Assembly (NCBI GenBank): GCA_002353555.1
Contig: DEJO01000018.1
Coordinates: 1,572 to 65,571 of the forward strand
Direction of reading: 5' to 3'
Length of the DNA stretch: 64,000 nucleotides
Source: Prevotella sp. UBA2746
GTDB taxonomy: Bacteria > Bacteroidota > Bacteroidia > Bacteroidales > Bacteroidaceae
A program made the translations under genes and the position numbers. Positions within the stretch are counted from its first letter, which is position 1; each line of letters opens with the position of its first letter. Under the pieces are notes generated by a model. That model did not search any database. It was not told the origin of the DNA and saw only the letters and a list, made by a program, of their open reading frames with translations. Positions 9,171 to 18,385 of the stretch are shown here, piece after piece.

Positions 9171-9743
9171 TCAGCCTTTCCTCAGAATGGTCACCACACC
9201 GTCTTCCGTGAGTTTGATGATACTCGACGGTGTGTGCGGCTGGTGCTCCTGACGACGCGAGAAGCAGACATAGTCAACGGCATCGAGAATCTCCGGTGCT
9301 ATGTCCTGGTAGTTCTGCGGTGCCGGCTGTCCGCTGATGTTCGCACTCGTGCTCACCAGTGCCTTCTGGAACCGGTAGCACAGTTCCTTGGAGAACGGCT
9401 CGTTGGTGATGCGAATGCCGATACTGCCGTCCTCGGCTATCAGGTTCGGTGCCAGGTTGATGGCATTGTCGAGAATCACCGTCGTGGGCTTCACGGCAGC
9501 ATCCAACAGTTGCCACGCCACGTCGGGCACGTTACGCACATAGCGTTGCAGCCTCCCGTCGCTGTCTACCAGGCATATCAATGCCTTCGAGTCGTCACGC
9601 TGCTTGATTTCATACACCCTCTTGACCGCTTCCGCGTTGGTGGCATCACAGCCGATGCCCCATACGGTGTCCGTAGGATAGAGTATCACCCCACCCTTTC
9701 GCAACACCTCCACGGCTTGCCTGATATCATCTTCTCTTTTCAT
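9171..9743 (-). CDS. tsaC: L-threonylcarbamoyladenylate synthase (Sua5/YrdC)
   Basis: GGVILYPTDTVWGIGCDA, IKQR, LVSTSANISG. Confidence 0.93.
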   Translation of the reverse strand: MKREDDIRQAVEVLRKGGVILYPTDTVWGIGCDATNAEAVKRVYEIKQRDDSKALICLVDSDGRLQRYVRNVPDVAWQLLDAAVKPTTVILDNAINLAPNLIAEDGSIGIRITNEPFSKELCYRFQKALVSTSANISGQPAPQNYQDIAPEILDAVDYVCFSRRQEHQPHTPSSIIKLTEDGVVTILRKG

Positions 9744-9751
9744 AACAGCCG

Positions 9752-9847
9752 CAAAGGTACGATTAAGTGAGCGAAATACAAAACAAAAGCGTGCTTTTGT
9801 TTTTATTATTGTCAATTCTCAATTGTCAATTATAATTATTATCTTTG
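9752..9847. promoter_or_regulatory. Divergent promoter pair with short heptamer array
   Basis: caaaggta at 9752-9759 (minus TACCTTTG) and tatctttg at 9840-9847; attgtca/attctca repeats. Confidence 0.65.
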
Positions 9848-9886
9848 CATGCGGAACCTAAGAACTCATCAAAAAATAATATCGCT

Positions 9887-10711
9887 ATGAGCCGGAAACT
9901 ATTTTGTGAAATCTCTCCCTTCACCTATCGGCTGTCGATGGAGAAGGAGATTCTGAAGCGCCACGTGCACGACATGCTGCAGAAAACACGCTTCGCCAAA
10001 GAACGGACGGAAGCGTCGCTGCCCGTCGTCGTCTACCGCCACAACTCCCTCATCCGCCGTCGGCTGGGTAATGTCAACATGCAACTGCAAGAGAACAAGG
10101 CGACAAACCTTGCCTTAGCTGTCAGGCACATCGACGGACTCATCATCCGACCGGGCGAGACGTTCTCGGTGTGGAAGCAGGTGGGAAGAACCACGAAGCG
10201 GAAAGGGTACAAGGAAGGACTCACCATTGCAAAGGGATGTCCTGCACAGGGCATCGGCGGCGGCCTGTGCCAGCTGTCTAACCTGATACACTGGATGGTG
10301 CTCCACAGTGAGCTGACCATCACCGAGCACCACCATCACGACGGACTGGACCTCTTCCCCGACTTCGGCAGACAGATACCTTTCGGCACGGGCACCAGCA
10401 TCTCGTACAACTACATCGACTACCGCATCAAGAACGAGACCGGCAACACCTATCAGCTCAGGCTCAAGGTAGACGGCGAATACCTGTGCGGAGAACTGCG
10501 TGCGACTGAACAGCTGCCCAACACCTATCACATCCATGCTGAGAACGAATACTTCTCGCGCGAAGACGGCGTCATCTATCGGAATGGTGAGGTCTATCGC
10601 GACACGTTAGACCGCACAACGGGCAACTGCATAGAACGTCAGCTCATCCGTACCAACCACGCAAGAGTCATGTACGACTGTCCACCGGAAAAGATTAAAG
10701 ATGAAAAATGA
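9887..10711 (+). CDS. VanW family protein
   Basis: IIRPGETFSVW, GYKEG, GIGGGLCQLS, YNYIDY motifs. Confidence 0.9.
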   Translation: MSRKLFCEISPFTYRLSMEKEILKRHVHDMLQKTRFAKERTEASLPVVVYRHNSLIRRRLGNVNMQLQENKATNLALAVRHIDGLIIRPGETFSVWKQVGRTTKRKGYKEGLTIAKGCPAQGIGGGLCQLSNLIHWMVLHSELTITEHHHHDGLDLFPDFGRQIPFGTGTSISYNYIDYRIKNETGNTYQLRLKVDGEYLCGELRATEQLPNTYHIHAENEYFSREDGVIYRNGEVYRDTLDRTTGNCIERQLIRTNHARVMYDCPPEKIKDEK

Positions 10712-10722
10712 AAGATTAAAAT

Positions 10723-11697
10723 TTAAGGATTAAGGTCTACTCCTACCGCGGCAGCACCGAGGATGGCGGCGGTGGCACCGTCGAGGCTGCTGACGAGGAA
10801 CTGCGCCTTGCCCCTAAAGATGGGCATGACATGCTCGTCATAGCTGCGACGGAGCGGTTCCATGAGCAGTTCACCGGCTTTCACCATGCCACCGAAGAAG
10901 ATGAATGCCTCCGGAGAACAGAACGTGGCGAAGTCGGCACAAGCCTCACCGAGCATCTCACCCGTAAACTCATAGATTTCCTTGGCAAGACGGTCGCCCT
11001 TGGCGGCGGCAAGAGACACATCGAGAGACGTTATCTTGTCGGCATCGAGCTGGCGCAAGAGTGACGGTTCGTCGCGAGTGGCAAGGAACTCACGGGCGGT
11101 ACGTGCCACGCCCGTTGCCGAGCAATAGGTCTCCAGACATCCCTTCCGTCCACAACCGCAGGGGCGTCCGCCTTCACGACGCATGATGACATGGCCCAGT
11201 TCGCCTGCAAAGCCATCGCTGCCATAGACCAGTTGTCCGTTGACGACGATGCCTGAGCCGACACCCGTCCCCAAGGTGATCATGATGAAGTTCTTCATGC
11301 CGCGTGCCACGCCATAGGTCATCTCGCCGATGGCGGCAGCATTGGCATCGTTGGTCAGTGCCACGGGAATGGCGAGACGGTCGGCGAAGAGCTTTGCCAA
11401 GGGCACCACACGGTCGTGAGCCCACTGAATGTTGGGAGTCTGCTCCACCGTCCCGTTGTAGTAGTTGGCATTAGGTGCGCCGATGCCCATCGCCCCTATG
11501 CTGTCGATGCCGCCCACCTGTGCCAGCACAGGCTGCAACGCTTCCACGCATGCGTCTACATAGTCTTCGGCACGGTCGTAGCCTTGTGTCTTGATACTCA
11601 TCGTTGCCTGGATGCTGCCCTCTTTGTCAACGACTCCGAACACCGAGTTGGTTCCACCCAGGTCCAGTCCTATCACGTATGGTTTCTGCTGCTTCAT
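10723..11697 (-). CDS. ROK family sugar kinase (glucokinase)
   Basis: IGLDLGGT, NDANAAAIGE, TLGTGVGSG, GELGH, CGCGRKGCLE. Confidence 0.93.
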   Translation of the reverse strand: MKQQKPYVIGLDLGGTNSVFGVVDKEGSIQATMSIKTQGYDRAEDYVDACVEALQPVLAQVGGIDSIGAMGIGAPNANYYNGTVEQTPNIQWAHDRVVPLAKLFADRLAIPVALTNDANAAAIGEMTYGVARGMKNFIMITLGTGVGSGIVVNGQLVYGSDGFAGELGHVIMRREGGRPCGCGRKGCLETYCSATGVARTAREFLATRDEPSLLRQLDADKITSLDVSLAAAKGDRLAKEIYEFTGEMLGEACADFATFCSPEAFIFFGGMVKAGELLMEPLRRSYDEHVMPIFRGKAQFLVSSLDGATAAILGAAAVGVDLNP

Positions 11698-11723
11698 GGT
11701 GTCATCATTTTCTTTTTCGTCTG

Positions 11724-11835
11724 CAAAGATAACACTTATAATTGTGAATTATGAATTGTGAATTGTGAATTATGGACGGTGAATTAAATAATTGTCAATT
11801 ATCAATTGTCAATTGTCAATTATTTACTACCTTTG
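11724..11835. promoter_or_regulatory. 112-bp divergent double-promoter cassette made of heptamer repeats
   Basis: caaagata at 11724-11731 and tacctttg at 11828-11835; 11779-11835 matches the reverse complement of 2636-2692 at 55 of 57 positions. Confidence 0.75.
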
Positions 11836-11844
11836 CCCCCGATT

Positions 11845-12522
11845 ATGAGTTTGGAACTACCATTTCAGATTGATATCCTTGAATGTATCATCAAGGGTAT
11901 CCTTATTGGCATGCTGGCATCGGCACCGATGGGGCCGGTGGGCATACTCTGCATTCAGCGCACGCTGAACAAAGGACGCTGGTATGGTTTCGTGACGGGC
12001 ATAGGAGCCGCTGCCAGCGACATCATATATGCACTGATAACGGGCTTTGGCATGAGCTTCGTGATGGACTTCGTGAACAATGCCGAGAACAAGTTTCTCT
12101 TGCAGATCTTCGGATCGGTCATGCTGCTGGTCTTCGGCATCTACTGTTACAAGAGCGACCCGATGAAGAACGCCCACAAGAGCTCCAACAAGAAAGGAAC
12201 GCTGCGCAGCAACTGTATGACCGCCTTCCTGGTGACGCTGAGCAATCCGCTCATCATCTTCCTCTTCATGGCTACCTTCGCACAGTTTGCCTTCGTCATC
12301 CCCGACCATCCGCTGGAGATGACCATCGGGTATACCAGCATCATCATCGGTGCACTGATGTGGTGGTTCGGGCTGACATGGCTGGTTGACACGATACGCA
12401 ACAAGTTTGACGTCACGGGAACACGCATCCTGAACAAGGTCATCGGCTCCATCGTCATCGCCTTCTCCGTCATCGCACTGGTAGGACTGGTCTTCAACCT
12501 GTATCAGCTGCCGGAGTGGTAG
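11845..12522 (+). CDS. LysE family translocator
   Basis: SAPMGPVGILCIQRTL, GAAASD, VTLSNPLII; hydrophobic. Confidence 0.88.
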   Translation: MSLELPFQIDILECIIKGILIGMLASAPMGPVGILCIQRTLNKGRWYGFVTGIGAAASDIIYALITGFGMSFVMDFVNNAENKFLLQIFGSVMLLVFGIYCYKSDPMKNAHKSSNKKGTLRSNCMTAFLVTLSNPLIIFLFMATFAQFAFVIPDHPLEMTIGYTSIIIGALMWWFGLTWLVDTIRNKFDVTGTRILNKVIGSIVIAFSVIALVGLVFNLYQLPEW

Positions 12523-12609
12523 AAAGCGCTTCGCTAATTGATAACGGATAAATGACAAAGGATAATGCGTGAATATACATTGTAAATCGTTTAATAGTAA
12601 ATAACAACC

Positions 12610-13155
12610 GTGTTTGTAGCTCAAGAACTTAGAAAGAAAAGCATTGCCGAATACCTGCTGTATATGTGGCAGGTGGAGGACATCATACGCGCCTACGACT
12701 GTTCGCTGACGCGCATCAAGAAGGAGTATATCGACAAGTTCCAGTATACCGAGGAACAAAAAGAGGAGGAGACCGACTGGTTCGGCAACCTCGTGCGCAT
12801 GATGAACGGAGAGGGGCTGCGCGAGAAAGGACACCTGCAGATCAACCGTGTGGTGCTGCAACAGTTGGAAGAGCTGCATGCCACACTCTTGCAGTCAACG
12901 AAGTTCCCTTTCTACAGTGCCGAATACTACCGTGTGCTGCCTTTCATCGTGGAGCTGCGCAACAGAGGCGCCAACAAGTCGGAACACGAGATAGAGACGT
13001 GCTTCAACGCCCTCTACGGCACCATGATGTTGCGCCTTCAGAAGAAGGAAATCACCCAGGACACCCAGCACGCCATCAAGGAAATCACCACCCTCGTGGG
13101 CATGCTCTCCGACTACTATCAGAAAGACAAAGACGCTGCGCTAAATGATAAATGA
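12610..13155 (+). CDS. Conserved Bacteroidota protein (DUF4924-like)
   Basis: IAEYLLYMWQVEDIIRA motif; GTG start. Confidence 0.8.
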   Translation: MFVAQELRKKSIAEYLLYMWQVEDIIRAYDCSLTRIKKEYIDKFQYTEEQKEEETDWFGNLVRMMNGEGLREKGHLQINRVVLQQLEELHATLLQSTKFPFYSAEYYRVLPFIVELRNRGANKSEHEIETCFNALYGTMMLRLQKKEITQDTQHAIKEITTLVGMLSDYYQKDKDAALNDK

Positions 13156-13168
13156 TAAATGATAAATG

Positions 13169-13464
13169 ATAAAGATGAATAGTGTTAAGCTTATAAACAA
13201 AGATTAATACTGGTAAACTATAAAGAATTTCAACTTTCGGAAGTTAAAAGGGAGTTAAAAAGGAGTTAAAAAGGAGTTAAATGGACATCAGAACCTCCAA
13301 ATAAAGAAAACTATCGTCCCTTTCACTCCAGCAGCGAAGCTGCTAACTCCCCTTCCATTCCTTTCCACTCCAAAGTTGAGCAACAAGCGAAACTTGAATA
13401 AAGAATAAAGATGAATAGTGTTAAGCTTATAAACAAAGATTAATACTGGTAAACTATAAAGAAT
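13169..13464 (+). repeat. 60-bp direct repeat (13169-13228 and 13405-13464) flanking MITE copy 2
   Basis: ataaagatgaatagtgttaagcttataaacaaagattaatactggtaaactataaagaat occurs twice. Confidence 0.9.
13229..13398. mobile_element. 170-bp MITE-like dispersed element, copy 2 (inverted relative to copy 1)
   Basis: Reverse complement of 2695-2864 with about six mismatches counted by eye. Confidence 0.8.
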
Positions 13465-13484
13465 AAAGAATAATAGTGTAAGAT

Positions 13485-13844
13485 ATGACAGAAAACAACA
13501 TATTGGCTGATAAGTCTATTGATTTTTCAATAAGAATCGTGCATTGTTATAAATACCTGATGGATGAAAAAAAAGAGTTTATCATGTCCAAACAACTATT
13601 TAGAAGCGGTACAAGTATCGGTGCTAACATCCATGAAGGAATACAAGCACAAAGTAAACCCGACTTCATCAGTAAACTGGGCATTGCTTTAAAAGAAGCA
13701 AGTGAAACGTCATATTGGATTACACTGCTAAACAAAGCAGAATATCTTGACGAGTCCATGTTCCAATCATTGAAAAAAGACTTGGACGAAATCATACGTA
13801 TCTTAATATCATCCATTAAGACATCAAAAAAGAACCTCCAATAA
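13485..13844 (+). CDS. Four-helix-bundle protein (23S rRNA IVS-protein / Avd-like family)
   Basis: KQLFRSGTSIGANIHE...AQSKPDFISKLGIALKEASETSYW motif; AT-rich. Confidence 0.92.
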   Translation: MTENNILADKSIDFSIRIVHCYKYLMDEKKEFIMSKQLFRSGTSIGANIHEGIQAQSKPDFISKLGIALKEASETSYWITLLNKAEYLDESMFQSLKKDLDEIIRILISSIKTSKKNLQ

Positions 13845-13928
13845 TTATCATTTATCATTTATCATTTATCATTTAGCGAAGCGTATAAAATCATTTATCA
13901 TTTATCATTTATCATTTAGCGAAGCGTC

Positions 13929-14786
13929 ATGAATATTCTTATTACCGGTTGCAACGGACAGTTGGGAAACGAGATACAACTGTTAGAGAAAAGTTATCCG
14001 CAGTACACCTTTTATAATACCGACGTAGCAGAACTCGACATCACCAATGCCGATGCCATACGCCAGTTTGTCAACGACAACCAGATTGACGGCATCATCA
14101 ACTGTGCTGCCTACACCGCCGTAGACAAGGCGGAGAGCAACGAGGAACTGTGCCGCAAGCTCAACGCCGAGGCTCCGGCATACCTGGCGAGTGCCATCAG
14201 CGAGCGCGACGGATGGATGGTGCAGGTCAGCACCGACTATGTCTTCGACGGCACCAACCACACGCCCTACCGCGAAGACGAAGACACCTGTCCGAACAGC
14301 GTCTATGGCAGCACGAAGCTCGTCGGAGAGTTCAACGTACAGAAGTTCTGCCGCCAGTCGATGATCATCCGCACGGCATGGCTCTACTCCACCTTCGGCA
14401 ACAACTTCGTGAAGACCATGCTCCGGCTGGGCAGGGAGAAAGAACAGCTGGGAGTCATCTTCGACCAGATAGGCACGCCCACCTATGCCCGCGACCTCGC
14501 CGTTGCCATCATGACGGCGGTCAGCAAGGGCATCGTCCCCGGCATCTACCACTTCTCCAACGAGGGTGTCATCTCCTGGTACGATTTCACCAAAGCCATC
14601 CACCGCATTGCCGGCATCGACACCTGCCGTGTGCGTCCCCTCCACACCAGCGAATATCCCACCCCTGCCGCCCGTCCCCACTACTCCGTCCTCGACAAGA
14701 CGAAGATCAAGGAAACCTACGGCATCGAAATTCCTTACTGGGAAGAGAGCCTCAGGGAGTGCATTGCGAAGCTGGAAGCAGAGTAA
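13929..14786 (+). CDS. rfbD: dTDP-4-dehydrorhamnose reductase
   Basis: ILITGCNGQLG, NCAAYTAVDKAE, STDYVFDG, YGSTK, DQIGTPT. Confidence 0.96.
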   Translation: MNILITGCNGQLGNEIQLLEKSYPQYTFYNTDVAELDITNADAIRQFVNDNQIDGIINCAAYTAVDKAESNEELCRKLNAEAPAYLASAISERDGWMVQVSTDYVFDGTNHTPYREDEDTCPNSVYGSTKLVGEFNVQKFCRQSMIIRTAWLYSTFGNNFVKTMLRLGREKEQLGVIFDQIGTPTYARDLAVAIMTAVSKGIVPGIYHFSNEGVISWYDFTKAIHRIAGIDTCRVRPLHTSEYPTPAARPHYSVLDKTKIKETYGIEIPYWEESLRECIAKLEAE

Positions 14787-14802
14787 AGCCAACCCACACC
14801 GT

Positions 14803-14983
14803 GAGTATACGTTATCCACACGACGAGTATGCGTTACTGACACGACGAGTAAGCGTTACTGACGCGACGAGTAAGCGTTACTGAGAGGATGGGTATGCGT
14901 TACTGAGAGGATGGGTATGCGTTACTGAGAGGATGGGTATACGTCAATGACGCGACAGGTAAGCGTTACTGACGCAATGGGTA
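14803..14983. repeat. 22-bp tandem repeat array (~8 units)
   Basis: Units start at 14803, 14825, 14847, 14869, 14891...; variants ttactgagaggatgggtatgcg and ttactgacgcgacgagtaagcg. Confidence 0.9.
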
Positions 14984-14994
14984 GATAAAAGCAA

Positions 14995-15030
14995 AGAGAG
15001 AATGTCCCACCAACATGGAACATTCTCTCT
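14995..15030. terminator. Stem-loop, possible terminator between rfbD and prfC
   Basis: agagagaatgtccca-loop-tggaacattctctct; A-rich flank on the left. Confidence 0.5.
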
Positions 15031-15158
15031 CACTTGGATTGCCGCTCCGGCTGAACGGGAAACTTGGAAAGTAACTTTTCGGGAGAATGTACGTGAAATC
15101 TGAAAAATCTCAGTACCTTTGCAGAAATTTTAGAATGACTTGGCAAATAGAGACAACC

Positions 15159-16745
15159 ATGAACCCAGAGATAGAAAGAAGGCGGACATTCGCCATCATA
15201 TCGCACCCGGATGCGGGTAAGACGACACTGACTGAGAAGTTCCTGCTCTTCGGCGGACAGATACAGGTGGCAGGTGCCGTGAAAAGCAACAAGATCAGGA
15301 AGACGGCGACCAGCGACTGGATGGACATCGAGAAGCAACGCGGCATCTCGGTGTCTACATCGGTGATGGAGTTCGACTATACCCCCGACGGTGCTGACAT
15401 CGAATACAAGGTGAACATCCTCGACACACCAGGTCACCAGGACTTTGCCGAGGACACCTACCGCACGCTGACGGCTGTAGACTCTGCCATCATCGTGGTG
15501 GACAGTGCCAAAGGTGTGGAGACGCAGACCAGGAAGCTGATGGAGGTGTGCCGCATGCGGAACACGCCCGTCATCATCTTCGTCAACAAGATGGACCGTG
15601 AAGGACGCGACCCCTTCGACCTGCTCGACGAACTGGAACAGGAACTGAAGATCAAGGTGCGCCCACTGTCGTGGCCCATCAACCAGGGACAGAAGTTCAA
15701 GGGTGTATACAACATCTACGAAAACCAGCTCAACCTCTTCACCCCCGACAAGCAAAGGGTGACGGAGAAGGTGGCGGTAGACATTGACAGTACGGCACTG
15801 GACGAGCGCGTGGGTGAGAAGGATGCCCAGCAACTGCGCGACGACCTGGAACTCGTTGACGGTGTCTACCCGGAGTTTCAGGTGGAGACCTACCGCTCGG
15901 CAGAGGTAGCACCCGTCTTCTTCGGCTCGGCACTGAACAACTTCGGCGTGCAGGAGCTCCTGGACTGCTTTGTAGAGATAGCCCCGTCGCCCCGTCCCAC
16001 GAAGGCAGAGGAGCGCGACATCATGCCCGACGAGCCTAAGTTCACGGGATTCATCTTCAAGATTACCGCCAACATAGACCCCAACCACCGGTCGTGTATC
16101 GCTTTCTGCAAGGTGTGCAGCGGCAAGTTCCAGCGCAACCAGCCCTATCTGCACGTGCGGCAGGGCAAGATGCTGCGTTTCTCATCGCCCACCCAGTTCA
16201 TGGCGCAGCGCAAGAGCACCATTGAGGAGGCATGGCCGGGCGACATCGTAGGTCTGCCCGACAACGGCATCTTCAAGATAGGCGACACGCTGACCGAGGG
16301 AGAGAAGATACACTTCCGCGGACTGCCGTCGTTCTCACCGGAGATGTTCAAGTATATCGAGAACGACGACCCGATGAAGTCGAAGCAGTTGGAGAAAGGC
16401 ATCCAGCAACTCATGGACGAGGGTGTGGCACAGCTGTTTGTCAACCAGTTCAACGGCCGCAAGATTATCGGAACGGTGGGACAGCTGCAATTTGAAGTCA
16501 TACAGTACCGACTGGAGAACGAGTACAATGCGAAGTGCCGATGGGAACCCGTCCATCTGTATAAGGCATGCTGGATAGAGGCTGATGACGAGAAGGAACT
16601 GGATGCCTTCAAGAAGCGCAAGTACCAGTACATGGCGAAAGACCGCGAAGGCCGCGACGTCTTCCTTGCCGACTCAGGCTACGTGCTGTCGATGGCTCAG
16701 CAGGACTTCGAGCATATCCGCTTCCACTTCACCAGCGAATTCTGA
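15159..16745 (+). CDS. prfC: Peptide chain release factor 3
   Basis: [41 protein letters not shown]. Confidence 0.97.
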   Translation: MNPEIERRRTFAIISHPDAGKTTLTEKFLLFGGQIQVAGAVKSNKIRKTATSDWMDIEKQRGISVSTSVMEFDYTPDGADIEYKVNILDTPGHQDFAEDTYRTLTAVDSAIIVVDSAKGVETQTRKLMEVCRMRNTPVIIFVNKMDREGRDPFDLLDELEQELKIKVRPLSWPINQGQKFKGVYNIYENQLNLFTPDKQRVTEKVAVDIDSTALDERVGEKDAQQLRDDLELVDGVYPEFQVETYRSAEVAPVFFGSALNNFGVQELLDCFVEIAPSPRPTKAEERDIMPDEPKFTGFIFKITANIDPNHRSCIAFCKVCSGKFQRNQPYLHVRQGKMLRFSSPTQFMAQRKSTIEEAWPGDIVGLPDNGIFKIGDTLTEGEKIHFRGLPSFSPEMFKYIENDDPMKSKQLEKGIQQLMDEGVAQLFVNQFNGRKIIGTVGQLQFEVIQYRLENEYNAKCRWEPVHLYKACWIEADDEKELDAFKKRKYQYMAKDREGRDVFLADSGYVLSMAQQDFEHIRFHFTSEF

Positions 16746-16761
16746 GCCTGCGGCAATTGCC

Positions 16762-18153
16762 CTACCCCTCTCTCTTCAACTTCTCTATCATCTCGCTGAG
16801 CTTACCCAACTCACGCGGAATCTTGATGTTTTGCGGACAGTGTGGTTCACATTGTCCGCACTGTATGCAATGGTCAGGCTGGCGCTCCGGTGCAACGGCA
16901 CGATCGAGTCCGATAAGATACTGACGGCGATACTTGCGGTAGTCGGGCGACTGCTTGTCGCGAGGCAGCGTACCCTCGTTCTTGCATTTGTTGTAATGGA
17001 CGAAGATGCCGGGGATGTCTATGCCGTAGGGACACGGCATGCAGTAGTTGCAGTCGTTACAGGGTATCATCTCTATACCGACAATCTGCTTGGCGATGTC
17101 GTACAGGTATATCTCGTCGTCCTTCTTCAGCGGCACCAACGGACAGTAGTTCAGCAGGTTATCCTTCAGGTGCTCCATGTAGGTCATGCCGCTCAGCACC
17201 GTCAGCACACCCCCCGGCGTACCGGCATAGCGGAACGCCCATGACGCGATGGACTTCTGCGGGTTGCGCTGCTTCAGCTTCACGGCAAGGTATTGCGGCA
17301 GGTTTGCTAGCCTGCCACCCAAGAGCGGCTCCATGACCACAGCCGGGATGTTGAGTTTCTGCAGCTCACCATAGAGGTAACGGGCATCGGTGTTGCGCTC
17401 GTTGATTTCATCGGCATAGTCCCAGTCCAGGTAGTTGAGCTCTATCTGCACGAAGTCCCACTGGTACTGGTCGTGCTTGGAGAGCAGGTAGTCGAAGACG
17501 GCTATATCACCATGATAGGAGAAGCCGAGGTTCTTGATGCGTCCGGCACGCCGTTCCTCCAGCAGGTAGTCCAACATGCCGTTCTTCAGGTAGCGGTTCT
17601 CGAAACGCTCCATGCCCCCCTGCCCTACGGAGTGCAGCAGGTAGTAGTCGATGTAGTCTATTTGCAGGTTCTTGAAGGACTCTTTGTACATCTTGACAGA
17701 CTCTTCCCGCGACCACGTCTCCTCCTTGAAGTTCGACAGTTTCGTAGCCACAAAGTACTCGCTGCGCTTGTGGCGTTTCAGGGCGATACCCGTAGACTCC
17801 TCGGAATGTCCCTGACAGTAGGCTGGCGATGTGTCGAAATAGTTCACGCCGTGCTCCATGGCGTAGTCTACCAACCGGTTCACCTGCTCCTGGTCTATCT
17901 CTTCCTCACTTTCTCGTGCCGACGCTTTGCCGCCGACGGTGGGCAGTCGCATCATGCCATATCCAAGCAGCGACACCTTCTCCTTGGTCTTCGGGTTCAA
18001 GCGGTAGGTCATCTTCCCTACGGGAGGCTCCACCTGGTTCTTGTATTCTTCTTCCATCTGTTCGGTCTTGCTGTCCTTACAGCCTACCATTGCCGCAGTG
18101 GTTGCCACTGTTCCGGCACCGAATATCTTCAGAAACTTACGACGAGAAATCAT
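16762..18153 (-). CDS. Aldo/keto reductase with C-terminal 4Fe-4S dicluster; twin-arginine lipoprotein signal
   Basis: SRRKFLK...MVGC; LGYGMMRLP, YFDTSPAY, CNDCNYCMPCP, CIQCGQCEPHCP. Confidence 0.9.
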   Translation of the reverse strand: MISRRKFLKIFGAGTVATTAAMVGCKDSKTEQMEEEYKNQVEPPVGKMTYRLNPKTKEKVSLLGYGMMRLPTVGGKASARESEEEIDQEQVNRLVDYAMEHGVNYFDTSPAYCQGHSEESTGIALKRHKRSEYFVATKLSNFKEETWSREESVKMYKESFKNLQIDYIDYYLLHSVGQGGMERFENRYLKNGMLDYLLEERRAGRIKNLGFSYHGDIAVFDYLLSKHDQYQWDFVQIELNYLDWDYADEINERNTDARYLYGELQKLNIPAVVMEPLLGGRLANLPQYLAVKLKQRNPQKSIASWAFRYAGTPGGVLTVLSGMTYMEHLKDNLLNYCPLVPLKKDDEIYLYDIAKQIVGIEMIPCNDCNYCMPCPYGIDIPGIFVHYNKCKNEGTLPRDKQSPDYRKYRRQYLIGLDRAVAPERQPDHCIQCGQCEPHCPQNIKIPRELGKLSEMIEKLKREG

Positions 18154-18156
18154 GGA

Positions 18157-18385
18157 AATTAAAGATTAAAAATTAAAAATTAAAGATTAAGATTGAAACG
18201 ACCTCTCCTAACTCCACCTGTCTATCCCTTTATCTACCTCTTAGACTATCTCTTTATCTATCCCTTTGTCCATCCCTTTATCATCCCTTAGTCTATCCCT
18301 TTCTACTCCCCTCTCCCTTCGGAGAGGGGTTAGGGGGTGAGGCTTTTTTTCTCCCCTCCCCAGGGAGGGGTTGGGGGTGGGCTTT
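18157..18385. repeat. Repeat cluster: heptamers, ~11-bp repeats and two REP-like palindromes
   Basis: aattaaa/gattaaa; ctatcccttta-like units; cccctctcccttcggagagggg and cccctccccagggagggg. Confidence 0.75.

Larger units (their letters stand above)
13132..13928. mobile_element. Candidate cassette: four-helix-bundle gene bounded by inverted heptamer arrays
   Basis: Left arm gacgctgcgct(aaatgat)n at 13132-13172; right arm (atcattt)n-agcgaagcgt twice, at 13845-13884 and 13890-13928; AT-rich interior. Confidence 0.65.

Noticed and set aside
9887-10711. Vancomycin resistance locus
   Set aside because: Lone VanW-family gene without vanHAX/vanRS; the family is widespread and of unknown function.
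13485-13844. Diversity-generating retroelement suggested by the Avd-like gene
   Set aside because: No reverse transcriptase and no template/variable repeat pair with adenine-specific differences seen.
14812-14820. Perfect DnaA box TTATCCACA
   Set aside because: Single occurrence within a degenerate repeat unit; no box cluster or origin-type gene context.
14803-14983. CRISPR array (also considered for 39163-39370)
   Set aside because: Units are contiguous 22-mers without unique spacers, and there are no cas genes in the window.
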